From an uncultured Methylomirabilota bacterium (lineage in GTDB: Bacteria; Methylomirabilota; Methylomirabilia; Methylomirabilales; 2-02-FULL-66-22): 64,000 bases of DNA. Made by a program: the position numbers and the translations under genes. The notes under the pieces are model-generated. The model worked only from the letters and a program-made list of their open reading frames with translations. It was not told the origin of the DNA and did not search any database. The DNA is taken from contig CAWJSJ010000005.1 of the NCBI GenBank assembly GCA_963845565.1, forward strand, positions 512,001-576,000, in the 5' to 3' direction. Of the stretch, positions 33,248-45,019 are shown piece after piece; the stretch's first letter is position 1, and every line of letters starts with the position of its first letter.

Positions 33248-33613
33248 ATCGACTCGACGGAGATTGTCGAACTGGCAGCCGACGCGGCTGCGGCCGTAAA
33301 GCCCAGCTACCTGGCGATCCTGGATTTGCGGGGTCTCTCGAGTTTCACCGACCATTTCCTGATCGCCGGGGCGGACTCGGCGCGCCAGGTGGTGGCGATC
33401 GCCGAGCGCGTGGAGGAGCGGCTGACGCAGGCGAAGGTGCGCATGCTGCACCGTGAAGGCGCGCGCGAGGCGCATTGGATTTTGCTTGACTACCAAGATG
33501 TCGTCGTTCATATTTTCGACGAGCAAACTCGGCAATTCTACGATCTGGAGCGGCTCTGGGGAGACGCGCCAAGACGCGTGATGGTCGGCGGATCTCCTGC
33601 CCGGATCGAATAG
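33248..33613 (+). CDS. rsfS: Ribosome silencing factor (Iojap), apparent ATC start
   Basis: ILDLRGLSSFTDHFLIA, WILLDYQDVVVHIF, RQFYDLERLWGDA; GGAGG 6 nt before the in-frame ATC at 33248. Confidence 0.9.
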   Translation: MDSTEIVELAADAAAAVKPSYLAILDLRGLSSFTDHFLIAGADSARQVVAIAERVEERLTQAKVRMLHREGAREAHWILLDYQDVVVHIFDEQTRQFYDLERLWGDAPRRVMVGGSPARIE

Positions 33614-33894
33614 GAAGATGCCCCGCGGCGGATCCGAACACCGGTTCGGTCTCCGGCGTGGGGATGGGCACAGAGGACCTCGCGAATGCACGGCGTCAGC
33701 CCTGTCTTCGCGAGGATTTGTATTCTGGACTCGCGGACGCGGCGCGTCTCGTGATCTCGCGCCGCGCGTCGAGGGGAGAGGCGGGCCGCGACGCGGTCCA
33801 CGCCCTGCGCCAGGGCCGGGTGGGGCGGCGCGACGATCGGTGACGGTCAGGCGCTCCGCATGCGCGGGCCGTTCGTCCACGGGAGGGAATGAGA

Positions 33895-34260
33895 ATGTCG
33901 CTCAAGGGGGCCAAGATCGAGAAGTTCCGGCAGCGCCTGGTGGCTAAACGAAAAGAACTGCTCAACGGGGTCCGTGGCGCGAACGTGAAAAGCCTGGAGA
34001 GTACCGGAGAGGAGATCCAGGACATCGCGGACCAGGCCAGCAGCGCCTACACGAAGGAATTCCTCCTGGCCATCGGCGATACCGAGCGCCGTCTGTTGAA
34101 GCAGGTGGACGAGGCGCTCTACAAGATCCGCCAGGAGAAATTCGGCCTGTGCGAAGGGTGCGGCGAGATGATCGGCGAGCGCCGGCTCGAGGCATTGCCT
34201 TTCGCCAGGCTCTGCATCGCCTGTCAGGAGGAGGAAGAACGGGCCAAGGCCGAGCGGTGA
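33895..34260 (+). CDS. DksA/TraR family C4 zinc-finger protein
   Basis: DIADQA (DxxDxA) coiled-coil tip, CEGC...RLEALP...LCIACQE. Confidence 0.9.
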   Translation: MSLKGAKIEKFRQRLVAKRKELLNGVRGANVKSLESTGEEIQDIADQASSAYTKEFLLAIGDTERRLLKQVDEALYKIRQEKFGLCEGCGEMIGERRLEALPFARLCIACQEEEERAKAER

Positions 34261-34403
34261 TCCTCGTGCGCCGCCGGCGATGTGCGTCGCCGCGCGGTTG
34301 GCCGTCCCTCCCCGCCGGCTGCGCCCCCTGGTCGGCGGGATCGGTTGTCGCCGACCCGTCCGACTGTTTGGATCCTGCGTCCCCATACAGGTGGGTTGCT
34401 CTG

Positions 34404-36959
34404 GTGTACGCCTCGGCATCGCGTCGCCTCGTATCCCGGTCCTCCCCGCGAGGGGCCCTCGCCTCTGTCGGCCGTCGCGCCCTGGCGATCTTCTGTCTGC
34501 TGTCGGTGCTGCTGGGCGGGGTACTCGTTCCCGTCCTGGCATCTGCCCAGGCGCCGGAGCAGGCCCCCGCGGGTGCCGACACCCTGCGCGAACGGCTGGC
34601 CGCGGGGCAGCGTCTGGTCCGCGATCTTGCCGCCCGTCCCGCCACCGGTCCCATCGTCCTCGGCCTCCTCGTCCTCTGGATCGTGTGGTGGGTCCCACGC
34701 CTCCTCCGGCACGGCGGCGCCGGCGCGCCGCACCGTGGCACGGCACGGCGCCTGGCCCGGCGGGGACACTACCTGGAGGCGGGGCATCTCTACGAGCAAC
34801 TGGGTGACTGGGAGGCCGCCGCCGACGCCTACGAGCGCGGACGAGCCTATCTGGAGGCGGGAAGGATCTGGGAGCACCAGAACCAGCCGGCCAAGGCGGC
34901 CCGGCAGTACGAGCAGGGGAACGAGTCCTTCCGGGCGGGCGAGATGTACGCGCGTGCCGGCAACCACCTGCGGGCGGCGACCCTCTACCAGAAAGGGGGG
35001 CACGACGTCAAGGCGGCCGAATCCGCCGAGCGGGCCGGAGATCTGGAGCGGGCCGCGACGCTGTATGTCAAGGTCGACGCGTTCGATCGCGCCGGCGACC
35101 TGCGTTTCCAGATGCGGGAGTATGGCCACGCGGCCGAGCTCCTCGAGCGAGCGCTGGGCCGCCAGCGGCGGGTGCCGTCGGAATCCGAGCCGTCGGCCGT
35201 CGCCGCCCGGGCGTTGGCGCGGCGCTGCGCGGAGGCGTTCGTCAAGGCCGGCCAGCCCGCCAAGGCGGGCGCCATCCTGAAGGACCACGGCATGGAGGTG
35301 GAGGCGGCGGAGCAGTATTGCCAGGCCGGGGAGTGGGAGACCGGACTGGGCCTCCTGGTGCGCCATCAGCGCTTCGACCAAGCGGCGCGACTCTGCCGAG
35401 AGCTGGGCCGGGAGGCGGAACTGCGCATCGTGCAGGGGGAGCGGTACCTGGCCGAAGGGCGCGAGGCGGACGCGGCCCCGGAGTTCGAGGCGGGCGGGCT
35501 CTGGTGGCGCGCCGGCGAGATGTATCAGCGCGTTCGCGAGCACGCCAAAGCCGCCGAGATGTACGCGCGGCACGGCGACGAGGAGCGCGCCGCCGAGATG
35601 TACGCGGCGGCGGGCCAGCCGCGGTCCGCGGCCGTCTCGCTGGAGCGGCTGGGGAAGCGCCCCGAGGCGGCGCAGTACTACCAGCAGGCGGGAGACCACC
35701 GGGAGGCCGCCCGGGTCCTGCAGGAGATCGGGGATTTCTTCGGGGCGGCTCGGGAGTTGCTCGCCGCCGGCGTCGGCGAAGACGCCATGGCGCTCCTCCA
35801 GCAGGTCGAGCCGGAGTCGGAGCGGTATTTCGAGGCCACCGTCCTCCTGGGCGACCTCTTCCTGGAGCGGAACCTGGACGGGCCCGCCCGGGAGAAGTAC
35901 GAGCGAGCCGTGGCGCTGCGGCCAAGCGGGCCGGAGTCCGTCTACCCCGCCTACCAACTGGCTCGGATCCAGGAGCGGCAGGGTAATCTCCAGGAGGCGC
36001 TCCGGCTGTACGAGAAGGTGGTGGCCGAGCAGTTCGATTACCGGGATGTGCAGGAGCGGGTATCGGACCTCTGGGATCGTCTGGCGGCGACGACGCAGAT
36101 CGTCGGCGTCCGCGAGGTCACCCCGCAGAACGTGCCCTCGCGCTACCGCATCCTGCGGGAGGTCGGGCGGGGCGGCATGGGGATCGTGTACCAGGCCGAG
36201 GACGCGGTCCTGCAGCGTCCGGTGGCCTACAAGGTTCTTCCCGACGCAGTCCGGGAGGACCCCCGGGCGCTGGAGGATTTCCTGCGCGAGGCGCGCATCG
36301 CCGCCTCGCTGCACCACCCCAACATCGTGACCATCTACGACGCGGGGCAGGCGGCCGATGCGGTGTACATTGCCATGGAGTACGTGGAAGGCCGTTCGCT
36401 GCAGGACGTCCTGGACGAGATGCAGATCCTGCCCCTCTCTCGGGCCCTGGATATCTTCCGGCAAGCCTGTCGCAGCCTGATTCACGCCCACCGGCAGCGG
36501 ATCGTCCACCGGGACGTGAAGCCGGCCAACATCATGGTGACCCGCGACGGCGTCGTGAAGCTGATGGACTTCGGGTTGGCGGCGGTGGTCTCCCACGCCA
36601 GCGCCAAGGTGACCTCGGTGCGCGGCACCCCGTTCTACATGGCGCCGGAGCAGATCACCGGGGAGGCGATCTCGGCCCTCTCCGACCAGTATGCGCTGGG
36701 GTGCACGCTCTATCACATGGTGGCGGGCCGGCCGCCCTTCGTCGAAGGCGACGTGCTGTATCACCACATCCACACCGAGCCCACCTCGCCGCGGCAGTGG
36801 AATCCCAAGATCCCGGTGTGGCTGGATGCCATCATTCTGCGCACCATGGTCAAGCTTCCCGCCAAGCGGTTCCCGTCGGTTGAAGTCCTCCTGCGCGAAT
36901 TCGAGCAGTGCCTGGCCGACCCAGGCGTGACGCGGGTTCTCGGGGATGTCGCCGGCTGA
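34404..36959 (+). CDS. Membrane-anchored TPR/alpha-solenoid protein with a C-terminal Hanks-type Ser/Thr kinase
   Basis: Signal-like segment ending ASA-Q, one TM, many helical repeats, kinase motifs GRGGMG, VAYK, HRDVKPAN, DFG, YMAPE; start uncertain (GTG 34404 or 34257). Confidence 0.85.
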   Translation: MYASASRRLVSRSSPRGALASVGRRALAIFCLLSVLLGGVLVPVLASAQAPEQAPAGADTLRERLAAGQRLVRDLAARPATGPIVLGLLVLWIVWWVPRLLRHGGAGAPHRGTARRLARRGHYLEAGHLYEQLGDWEAAADAYERGRAYLEAGRIWEHQNQPAKAARQYEQGNESFRAGEMYARAGNHLRAATLYQKGGHDVKAAESAERAGDLERAATLYVKVDAFDRAGDLRFQMREYGHAAELLERALGRQRRVPSESEPSAVAARALARRCAEAFVKAGQPAKAGAILKDHGMEVEAAEQYCQAGEWETGLGLLVRHQRFDQAARLCRELGREAELRIVQGERYLAEGREADAAPEFEAGGLWWRAGEMYQRVREHAKAAEMYARHGDEERAAEMYAAAGQPRSAAVSLERLGKRPEAAQYYQQAGDHREAARVLQEIGDFFGAARELLAAGVGEDAMALLQQVEPESERYFEATVLLGDLFLERNLDGPAREKYERAVALRPSGPESVYPAYQLARIQERQGNLQEALRLYEKVVAEQFDYRDVQERVSDLWDRLAATTQIVGVREVTPQNVPSRYRILREVGRGGMGIVYQAEDAVLQRPVAYKVLPDAVREDPRALEDFLREARIAASLHHPNIVTIYDAGQAADAVYIAMEYVEGRSLQDVLDEMQILPLSRALDIFRQACRSLIHAHRQRIVHRDVKPANIMVTRDGVVKLMDFGLAAVVSHASAKVTSVRGTPFYMAPEQITGEAISALSDQYALGCTLYHMVAGRPPFVEGDVLYHHIHTEPTSPRQWNPKIPVWLDAIILRTMVKLPAKRFPSVEVLLREFEQCLADPGVTRVLGDVAG

Positions 36960-37719
36960 GCGTCCCCGGTCCCGGCTGGCGCCCCGGGACGTCGCGGCCG
37001 GATTCCTGCATCTGATCTTCCCCACACCCTGCCATGTCTGCCGGCGCCCGTTGAATCTTGGGTGGCACGGCGCGCTCTGCGGGGCGTGCTGGGCGGCCCT
37101 CGAACGCATGCCCCCGGCCGGCTGTTCCCGCTGTGGCTGGCCGTTTCCCGCCGCCGCGGGCGGCCACGGAGCGGCGCAGCCGCTCTGTCAGCGCTGTCGC
37201 GAGACGCCCGACGAGTTCTCGGTCGCTCGGGCGGCGCTCCGGTACCGAGACGGCGGGGTTGCCCGGGCGGCAATCCTGCTCGGCAAGCACGGCGGCCACC
37301 TTGGGGTGTTGCGCCACCTGGCTCGCCTCCTGGCCGAGGAGGCGCCCGCGCTGCTGCCCCTCGGCGACTGGGATGGGTTGGTGCCGGTGCCGCTCCACTG
37401 GTCCCGTCGCTGGCGGCGCGGGTTCAATCAGGCCGAGGTGCTCGCCCGGGTGGTCGGCCGGCGCCACGGCGTGTCGGTGGAGCGGCGCCTGCTGGTCCGG
37501 GTCCGGGCCACGCCGCCGCAGCAGGGGGATGCGGGGTCGCGCCGGCGGAACGTCCGGGACGCCTTCGCCGTGCGTCGCGCCGAGCGGTGCGCCGGCAGGC
37601 GCGTGCTCCTGATCGACGATGTCTTCACGACCGGCGCGACGGTCAACGCCTGCGCCGCGGCCCTGCGCGCGGCGGGCGTTGCCGCCGTGGGCGTCCTCAC
37701 CCTGGCGCGGGTGGAGTGA
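36946..37719 (+). CDS. comF: ComF family protein (zinc ribbon plus PRTase-like domain)
   Basis: Four CxxC pairs, VPVPLH, RGFNQA, LLIDDVFTTGAT. Confidence 0.92.
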   Translation: MSPAERPRSRLAPRDVAAGFLHLIFPTPCHVCRRPLNLGWHGALCGACWAALERMPPAGCSRCGWPFPAAAGGHGAAQPLCQRCRETPDEFSVARAALRYRDGGVARAAILLGKHGGHLGVLRHLARLLAEEAPALLPLGDWDGLVPVPLHWSRRWRRGFNQAEVLARVVGRRHGVSVERRLLVRVRATPPQQGDAGSRRRNVRDAFAVRRAERCAGRRVLLIDDVFTTGATVNACAAALRAAGVAAVGVLTLARVE

Positions 37720-37741
37720 GACGAGGCGGGGCGGATAACCT

Positions 37742-38850
<1,109 letters not shown>

Positions 38851-38883
38851 GGGCGGCTCTTCCGGATCCTCCGAGGTGACGAG

Positions 38884-40074
38884 ATGGCGAAGCTCGCGGT
38901 TGCCGATCTGGATCTGGCGGGGAAGCGCGTGCTGGTGCGCGTGGACTTCAACGTCCCGCTCGACGACCGGCAGCAGGTGACGGACGATACCCGCATCCGA
39001 GCGGCCCTCCCCACCATCCGGTACGCGCTGGATCACGGGGCCAAGGTGCTCCTGCTCTCGCACCTGGGGCGGCCGAAGGGAAAGGTCGTGCCCGCCATGA
39101 GCGTGGCACCGGCCGCCCGCCGCCTGTCCGAGTTGCTGGGGCGGCCGGTCGCCATGGCGTCGGATTGCATCGGCGCCGTCGCCGAGGCCGCTGTGGCGGC
39201 GCTCGCCCCGGGTCAGGTGCTGATGCTGGAGAATTGTCGGTTCCATGCCGGCGACGAGAAGAACGACGAAGCCATGAGTCGGGCGCTGGCCGCGCTGTGC
39301 GACGTCTTCGTCAACGATGCGTTCGGTGCGGCGCACCGGGCGCACGCGTCGACGGTGGGCGTGACGCGGTTCGTGCCGGTGTCGGCGGCCGGGTTCCTGA
39401 TGGCCAAGGAGTTGGAATACCTCGGGCGCGCCCTGACCAACCCGGCGCGACCCTTCGTGGCGATCCTGGGCGGGGCCAAGGTGTCGGATAAGATCGGCGT
39501 CCTCAAGCACCTGGTCGGCAAGGTGGACGCGCTCCTGGTGGGCGGCGGCATGGCCTACACCTTCCTCAAGGCTCAGGGCATGGAGATCGGCGCGTCGCTG
39601 CTGGAGGCGGACAAGGTCGAGGTGGCCCGGGAGGTGCTCGACGTTGCGCGGAGCAACAAGGTGACCTTCCTGCTCCCCATGGATCACGTCATCGCGCAGA
39701 CGGTGGCGGCGGATGCCGAGACGCGCCTGGCCGACAGCACCGCCATCCCGGCGGGGTGGATGGGGCTGGACATCGGCCCCACGGCGCGCCAGGCCTTCGG
39801 GACGGCGATCCGCGGCGCCAAGACGGTGGTCTGGAACGGGCCGATGGGCGTGTTCGAGTTGGCGCCCTTCCGCGAGGGCACCTTCGCGGTGGCCCGCGCC
39901 ATCGCCGACAGCGGCGCGACCTCCATCGTCGGCGGCGGGGACTCGGTGGCCGCCGTCACCCAGGCAGGTCTGGCCGACCGGATGACCCACATCTCCACGG
40001 GGGGTGGGGCGTCCTTGGAGTTTCTGGAAGGGATCACGCTGCCGGGTGTGGCGGCGTTGACCGACAGGAATTGA
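38884..40074 (+). CDS. pgk: Phosphoglycerate kinase
   Basis: [35 protein letters not shown]. Confidence 0.98.
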   Translation: MAKLAVADLDLAGKRVLVRVDFNVPLDDRQQVTDDTRIRAALPTIRYALDHGAKVLLLSHLGRPKGKVVPAMSVAPAARRLSELLGRPVAMASDCIGAVAEAAVAALAPGQVLMLENCRFHAGDEKNDEAMSRALAALCDVFVNDAFGAAHRAHASTVGVTRFVPVSAAGFLMAKELEYLGRALTNPARPFVAILGGAKVSDKIGVLKHLVGKVDALLVGGGMAYTFLKAQGMEIGASLLEADKVEVAREVLDVARSNKVTFLLPMDHVIAQTVAADAETRLADSTAIPAGWMGLDIGPTARQAFGTAIRGAKTVVWNGPMGVFELAPFREGTFAVARAIADSGATSIVGGGDSVAAVTQAGLADRMTHISTGGGASLEFLEGITLPGVAALTDRN

Positions 40075-40087
40075 CGGGAATTGACTG

Positions 40088-40196
40088 GTCAATTCGTCGA
40101 TGGGTCGAATCGTTAACTGGCAAGAGCGTCCCACGGCTCGTTTCCGAGCAGGTAGCCAGTTGACCAATCGACGAGTTGACGGATCGACGAAGAGAC
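40088..40196. repeat. Palindromic element with 8-nt-period tandem arms
   Basis: Left GTCAATTC GTCGATGG GTCGAATC GTTAACTG; right CAGTTGAC CAATCGAC GAGTTGAC GGATCGAC GAAGAGAC. Confidence 0.8.
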
Positions 40197-40206
40197 AGGA
40201 GCGGAA

Positions 40207-40956
40207 ATGCGAACGCCGGTGATGGCAGGCAACTGGAAGATGTACAAGACAGCTCGGCAGGCGGCGGAGACCATCCGCAGCCTGGCGGAGGCGGTGAAGG
40301 GCGTACCGGGGGTGGAGGTGGTGATCTGTCCGCCCTTCACGGCGCTCTCGGCGGCGGTGGAGGCGGCCGAGGGGTCGCCCGTGGCGATCGGCGCCCAGGA
40401 CTGTTACTGGGAGAAGGAAGGCGCGTTCACCGGCGAGGTGGCCGTGCCCATGATCGCCGACCTGGGCTGCAGTCACTGCATCGTCGGCCACTCGGAGCGC
40501 CGGCAGTTCTTCGGCGAGACCGACGCGACGGTGGACAAGAAAGTCGCGGCGGTCCTCGGCGCCGGCCTCACCTGCATCGCCTGCGTGGGTGAGACGCTCC
40601 AGGAGCGGGAGGCGGGCCAGACCTTTGCCGTGTTGGAGCGGCAGGTGCGGAACGGCCTGACGCGGCACCTCGCGTCGCCGCGGCTGATCGTCGCCTACGA
40701 ACCGGTCTGGGCCATCGGGACCGGAAAGACGGCCAGCCCGGCGCAGGCCCAGGAGGCCCATGCCTTCATTCGCCAGGTGGCCGCCCAGGCCGCCAGCCCG
40801 GCGGCGGCCCAGGCGGTGCGCATCCTGTACGGGGGGAGCGTCAAGCCGGACAACGTCGCTCAACTGATGGCGCAGCCGGACGTGGACGGCGGCCTGGTCG
40901 GCGGCGCCAGCCTGGACGCGGCCTCGTTCGCCAAGATCGTCCGATTTCGCGGGTAG
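40207..40956 (+). CDS. tpiA: Triosephosphate isomerase
   Basis: AGNWKM, GHSERR, AYEPVWAIGTG, YGGSVK, LVGGASL. Confidence 0.98.
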   Translation: MRTPVMAGNWKMYKTARQAAETIRSLAEAVKGVPGVEVVICPPFTALSAAVEAAEGSPVAIGAQDCYWEKEGAFTGEVAVPMIADLGCSHCIVGHSERRQFFGETDATVDKKVAAVLGAGLTCIACVGETLQEREAGQTFAVLERQVRNGLTRHLASPRLIVAYEPVWAIGTGKTASPAQAQEAHAFIRQVAAQAASPAAAQAVRILYGGSVKPDNVAQLMAQPDVDGGLVGGASLDAASFAKIVRFRG

Positions 40957-41005
40957 TCCCGGCGGCGGCGTGGTCCGCCGCGCGTGTCTTTGATGGGGAG
41001 GTTGC

Positions 41006-41353
41006 ATGTACATCGCATTGTCTATCGTCCACGTCCTGATCGCATCCGGTCTGATTCTGTTGGTCCTCCTGCAAAGCGGCAAGGGAGCGGACATCGGAGC
41101 CGCGTTCGGCGGCGGCTCCAGCCAGACCGTCTTCGGCGGGCGCGGCGCGGCCACGTTCTTGTCGAAGGCCACCACCGTCATGGCCGTCCTCTTCATGGTG
41201 ATGTCGATCGCGCTCACGCTGCTGGCCTCGCAGCGGGGCGGGACGACCGTGGTTCCCGAGGAGCGCCCGAAGCCCGCCTCTTCGGCCCCGGCCCCGGCCG
41301 TCCCGGCGCCCCAGAGTCCGGCCCCGGCCGCGCCGCCCGCCCCGGCAAAATGA
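41006..41353 (+). CDS. secG: Preprotein translocase subunit SecG
   Basis: [25 protein letters not shown], two TMs; follows tpiA. Confidence 0.95.
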   Translation: MYIALSIVHVLIASGLILLVLLQSGKGADIGAAFGGGSSQTVFGGRGAATFLSKATTVMAVLFMVMSIALTLLASQRGGTTVVPEERPKPASSAPAPAVPAPQSPAPAAPPAPAK

Positions 41354-43011
41354 CCCCCGCCGCACGCCGTCCGCGGTCGGGATGGGTCCCGATCGTCGCG
41401 GCGCTCCTCGCCGTGACAGCGCTCGGCGCCTGCGGCCGGTCCGAGGCGCCCGCCCGACCCCTCGCCGCCGAGGGGGGGCCGGCCTACGGCGACACGCTGG
41501 TGGAAGCCTCCATCGGCGACATCAGCGGCCTCATTCCGAATATCACCAGCGACTCCGCCTCTCACGAGATCGGCAACCTGATCTACTCCAACCTCGTCCG
41601 CACCGACAAGACGCTCGCTCCCGAGGGGGAGCTGGCGGAGCGCTGGGAGATCTCGAAGGACGAGATGACCATCACGTTTTATCTGCGGCACGGGGCGAAG
41701 TGGCACGACGGGGAGGAGGTCACGGCGGAGGACGTCGACTTCACGTACCGCTACATGATCGATCCGAAGACCCCCACGGCGTACGCGGAGCCGTTCCGGC
41801 AGGTGCTGCGCGCCGAGGTCGTGGACCGGTATACGTTCCGGGTCACCTACGACCAGCCCTACGCGCCCGCCCTCCTCTCGTGGGGGATCTGGATCCTGCC
41901 GCGGCACATCCTGGAGCCCGCCTGGAAAGCGGGCGTGGACCTGCGCACGACCCGCCAGAACCGGTTTCCCATCGGCAGCGGTCCGTATCGGTTCGGCGAG
42001 TGGAAGACGGGGGAGAAGATCGTGCTGGAGGCGAACCCCGACTACTTCGAGGGCCGCCCGTATCTCCAGCGGGTCGTGTACCGGATCATCCCGGACCAGT
42101 CCACCATCTTCTTGGAGCTCAAGGCGCAGAACATCGACATGGCCAACCTGACGCCCATTCAGTACCGGCGTCAGACGGAATATCCGGCGTTCCAGAAGGC
42201 GTTTCACCGCTATCGGTACCTCGCCAACGGGTACGCCTACCTGGGGTTCAACCTGCGGGACGCGCGCTTTCAGGACAAGCGCGTCCGGCAGGCCATCGCC
42301 CATGCCATCAACAAACAAGAGCTCATCGAGGGAGTCTTGCTGGGTCTGGGCCGTCCGGCGGTCGGTCCCTACAAGCCGGGGACGTGGTGGTACAAAGACG
42401 ACGTGAAGACCTTCCCCTTCGATCCCGAGCGGGCCAAGGCCCTCCTGGCCGAAGTCGGCTGGAAGCCGAACAGCCGGGGGCTCCTCGAAAAGGACGGGAA
42501 ACCGTTCAGCTTCACCATCCGCACGAACCAGGGGAACGCGGTGCGGCAGCAGACGGCGGAGATCATCCAGCGGCGGCTGGGCGCCATCGGGATCGACGTC
42601 AAGATCCACGTGGTGGAGTGGGCGGCGTTTCTGAACACGTTCATTCGCAAGAGGGACTTCGAGGCCATCATCCTGGGGTGGGGGCTGGGGCAGGATCCGG
42701 ATCAGTACGAGATCTGGCATTCCAGCAAGACCGGCCCCGAGGACCTGAACCACATCTCGTATCAGAACCCCAAAGTGGACGAGTTGCTCGAGGCGGGGCG
42801 GCGGACGTTCGACCGGGAAAAACGCAAGGCGATTTACGGCGCGTTCCAGGACATCCTCGCCGAGGAACAGCCCCTGATCTTCCTGTACGTCCCGGACGCC
42901 TTGCCGGTGGTCGCCGCCCGGGTGCGGGGGATCGAGCCGGCCCCGGCGGGGATCATGCACAACTTCATCAAGTGGTACGTCCCGACGTCTTTGCAACGCT
43001 ACACACGCTGA
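41350..43011 (+). CDS. Peptide ABC transporter substrate-binding lipoprotein (OppA/DppA family)
   Basis: Lipobox [30 protein letters not shown] overlaps the secG stop. Confidence 0.92.
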   Translation: MTPAARRPRSGWVPIVAALLAVTALGACGRSEAPARPLAAEGGPAYGDTLVEASIGDISGLIPNITSDSASHEIGNLIYSNLVRTDKTLAPEGELAERWEISKDEMTITFYLRHGAKWHDGEEVTAEDVDFTYRYMIDPKTPTAYAEPFRQVLRAEVVDRYTFRVTYDQPYAPALLSWGIWILPRHILEPAWKAGVDLRTTRQNRFPIGSGPYRFGEWKTGEKIVLEANPDYFEGRPYLQRVVYRIIPDQSTIFLELKAQNIDMANLTPIQYRRQTEYPAFQKAFHRYRYLANGYAYLGFNLRDARFQDKRVRQAIAHAINKQELIEGVLLGLGRPAVGPYKPGTWWYKDDVKTFPFDPERAKALLAEVGWKPNSRGLLEKDGKPFSFTIRTNQGNAVRQQTAEIIQRRLGAIGIDVKIHVVEWAAFLNTFIRKRDFEAIILGWGLGQDPDQYEIWHSSKTGPEDLNHISYQNPKVDELLEAGRRTFDREKRKAIYGAFQDILAEEQPLIFLYVPDALPVVAARVRGIEPAPAGIMHNFIKWYVPTSLQRYTR

Positions 43012-43018
43012 GGTCCCC

Positions 43019-44008
43019 GTGCTTGGTTATCTCGTCCGGCGGCTGCTGATCTCGATTCCGCTCCTGGTGGGCATTCTGTGCCTGTCCTTCGTAATGCTGA
43101 AGCTGGCGCCGGGGGAGCCCGGTGTCGTTCAGCAGGACCTCCAGGCGCGGGCCAGCGGGGCCCAACGCGAGACGCTGCGGCAGCTCTATGGCCTGGACCA
43201 GCCCATCCACGTGCAGTTCGGCCGCTGGCTCTGGCGCGTGGCGCGCCTGGACTTCGGCCGGTCCTACAGCCCGGACGGGCGACTCGTGTTGGAGAAGATC
43301 GCCGAGCGGATGCCCATCACGCTGGGACTGAATCTGCTCGAGACCGTCATCGTGTTCGCACTCGCCGTGCCGTTGGGAATCCTGTCGGCCACCCGCCAGT
43401 ACTCCTTCTTCGATAAGGCGATGACCGTCTTCGTGTTCGTCGGGTTCGCGACGCCGGACTTCTGGCTGGCACTGCTGCTCATGATCCTGTTCGGCGTCCA
43501 GCTGGGGTGGCTGCCGATCTCCGGCCTCCGCTCGCTCAATTTCGAATACCTGCCATTCTGGGCGCAGGTCTGGGATATCGTCTCGCATCTCCTCCTGCCC
43601 CTGCTGGTCGCCTCCATCGGCGGGCTGGCGGGTCTGTCTCGCTACATGCGGGGGAGCCTGCTGGAGGTGATCCGCCAGGACTACATCCGGACGGCGCGCG
43701 CCAAGGGTCTGCCGGAGCGGGCGGTCATCTACAAGCACGGGGTGCGGAACGCCGTCATCCCCGTGGTCACACTGTTCGGCCTGATGCTGCCGGGGTTGCT
43801 GGGCGGCAGCGTCATCATCGAGACCGTCTTCGGCATTCCGGGCATGGGCCAGCTCTTCTACCAGAGCGCCTTCTCGCGCGACGAGCCGGTCCTGATGGCC
43901 CTGATCGTGATCGGGGCCAGTCTGTCCCTGCTCGGCAACATCGTGGCGGACGTGTCGTACGCCCTGGTGGATCCCCGCATTCGCGTGTCCGCGCGACGGG
44001 AGGGGTGA
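43019..44008 (+). CDS. Peptide ABC transporter permease (OppB/DppB family)
   Basis: YGLDQP, DYIRTARAKGL, ETVFGIPGMG, VDPRIR. Confidence 0.93.
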   Translation: MLGYLVRRLLISIPLLVGILCLSFVMLKLAPGEPGVVQQDLQARASGAQRETLRQLYGLDQPIHVQFGRWLWRVARLDFGRSYSPDGRLVLEKIAERMPITLGLNLLETVIVFALAVPLGILSATRQYSFFDKAMTVFVFVGFATPDFWLALLLMILFGVQLGWLPISGLRSLNFEYLPFWAQVWDIVSHLLLPLLVASIGGLAGLSRYMRGSLLEVIRQDYIRTARAKGLPERAVIYKHGVRNAVIPVVTLFGLMLPGLLGGSVIIETVFGIPGMGQLFYQSAFSRDEPVLMALIVIGASLSLLGNIVADVSYALVDPRIRVSARREG

Positions 44009-44009
44009 G

Positions 44010-44885
44010 GTGGCGAGGAGCGAGGCGAGCCCGCGTACCGTCCTCGAGATGGTCCAGAGCCACGCGTGGCGCCAATTCCGGGGGAACCGTCTGGCGGTGG
44101 CGGGCGGCGTCGTGGTGCTGCTGCTGGCCGCCGTGGCGGTGCTGGCGCCGGTCCTGGCACCCTACGATCCGGCCGCGTACGACGTGAAGCAGATCCTGCT
44201 GGCGCCGAGCGCGGCCCACTGGTTGGGGACCGACCAGCTCGGCCGCGACGTCCTGAGCCGCATGCTCTTCGGCGCGCGCATCTCCATGGCGGTCGGCTTC
44301 ATCTCGGTGGGGATCGCGGTCATGCTGGGGACGTTGGTCGGCACCATCGCGGCCTACTACGGGGGGCGGGTGGACGAGGTCATGATGCGGTTCGTGGACC
44401 TGATGCTGAACTTTCCACGCTTCTTCCTGCTGCTCACCCTGATCGCGCTGCTGCGCCCCAGCATCTGGGTCATCATGGCCGTGATCGGATTCACCGGGTG
44501 GATGGGGCTGGCGCGCCTCGTGCGGGGCGAGATCCTCAGCCTGCGCGAACGGGAATTCGTCCAGGGGGCCCGCGCGCTGGGCGCCCCCGACGCCCGGATC
44601 ATGTTTCGCCACATCCTCCCCAACGCGCTGGTCCCGGTGCTCGTGTCGGCCACCCTGGGCGTGGCCGGGGCGATCCTGGCGGAGTCCGGCCTCTCGTTTC
44701 TCGGCCTGGGCGTCCAGCCGCCGACCCCGAGTTGGGGGAACATCCTCATCGACGGCAAGGCGAACATCGAGATCGCCTGGTGGCTCTCGGTGTTTCCGGG
44801 GCTGGCGATTCTGGTGACCGTGTTGGCCTATAACCTTCTCGGCGAAGGCCTGCGCGATGCCCTGGACCCCCGTTTGCGTCAATAG
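44010..44885 (+). CDS. Peptide ABC transporter permease (OppC/DppC family)
   Basis: HWLGTDQLGRD, RHILPN, LSFLGLG, GEGLRDALDP. Confidence 0.93.
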   Translation: MARSEASPRTVLEMVQSHAWRQFRGNRLAVAGGVVVLLLAAVAVLAPVLAPYDPAAYDVKQILLAPSAAHWLGTDQLGRDVLSRMLFGARISMAVGFISVGIAVMLGTLVGTIAAYYGGRVDEVMMRFVDLMLNFPRFFLLLTLIALLRPSIWVIMAVIGFTGWMGLARLVRGEILSLREREFVQGARALGAPDARIMFRHILPNALVPVLVSATLGVAGAILAESGLSFLGLGVQPPTPSWGNILIDGKANIEIAWWLSVFPGLAILVTVLAYNLLGEGLRDALDPRLRQ

Positions 44886-44889
44886 CCCG

Positions 44890-44964
44890 AATGCCAATCC
44901 CCCAACCGACGATGAAATACCGCACCAACGGTCCGTTGGTCGGTTGTCGGTTGTCCGTTTCTCA
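44890..44964. repeat. AACCGAN heptamer palindrome, copy 1 (degenerate left arm)
   Basis: Right arm GTCGGTT GTCGGTT GTCCGTT; central ACCAACG/CGTTGGT stem. Confidence 0.7.
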
Positions 44965-45019
44965 ACGCCGGGTCCTCATGCGCCCCATGGGGACCTGATC
45001 AGTCGGGAGGTTCGACCGG

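Noticed and set aside
33614..33890. ncRNA or small gene between rsfS and the dksA-like gene
   Set aside because: GC-rich with incidental hairpins; ORFs lack recognisable features and no RNA family motif was recognised.
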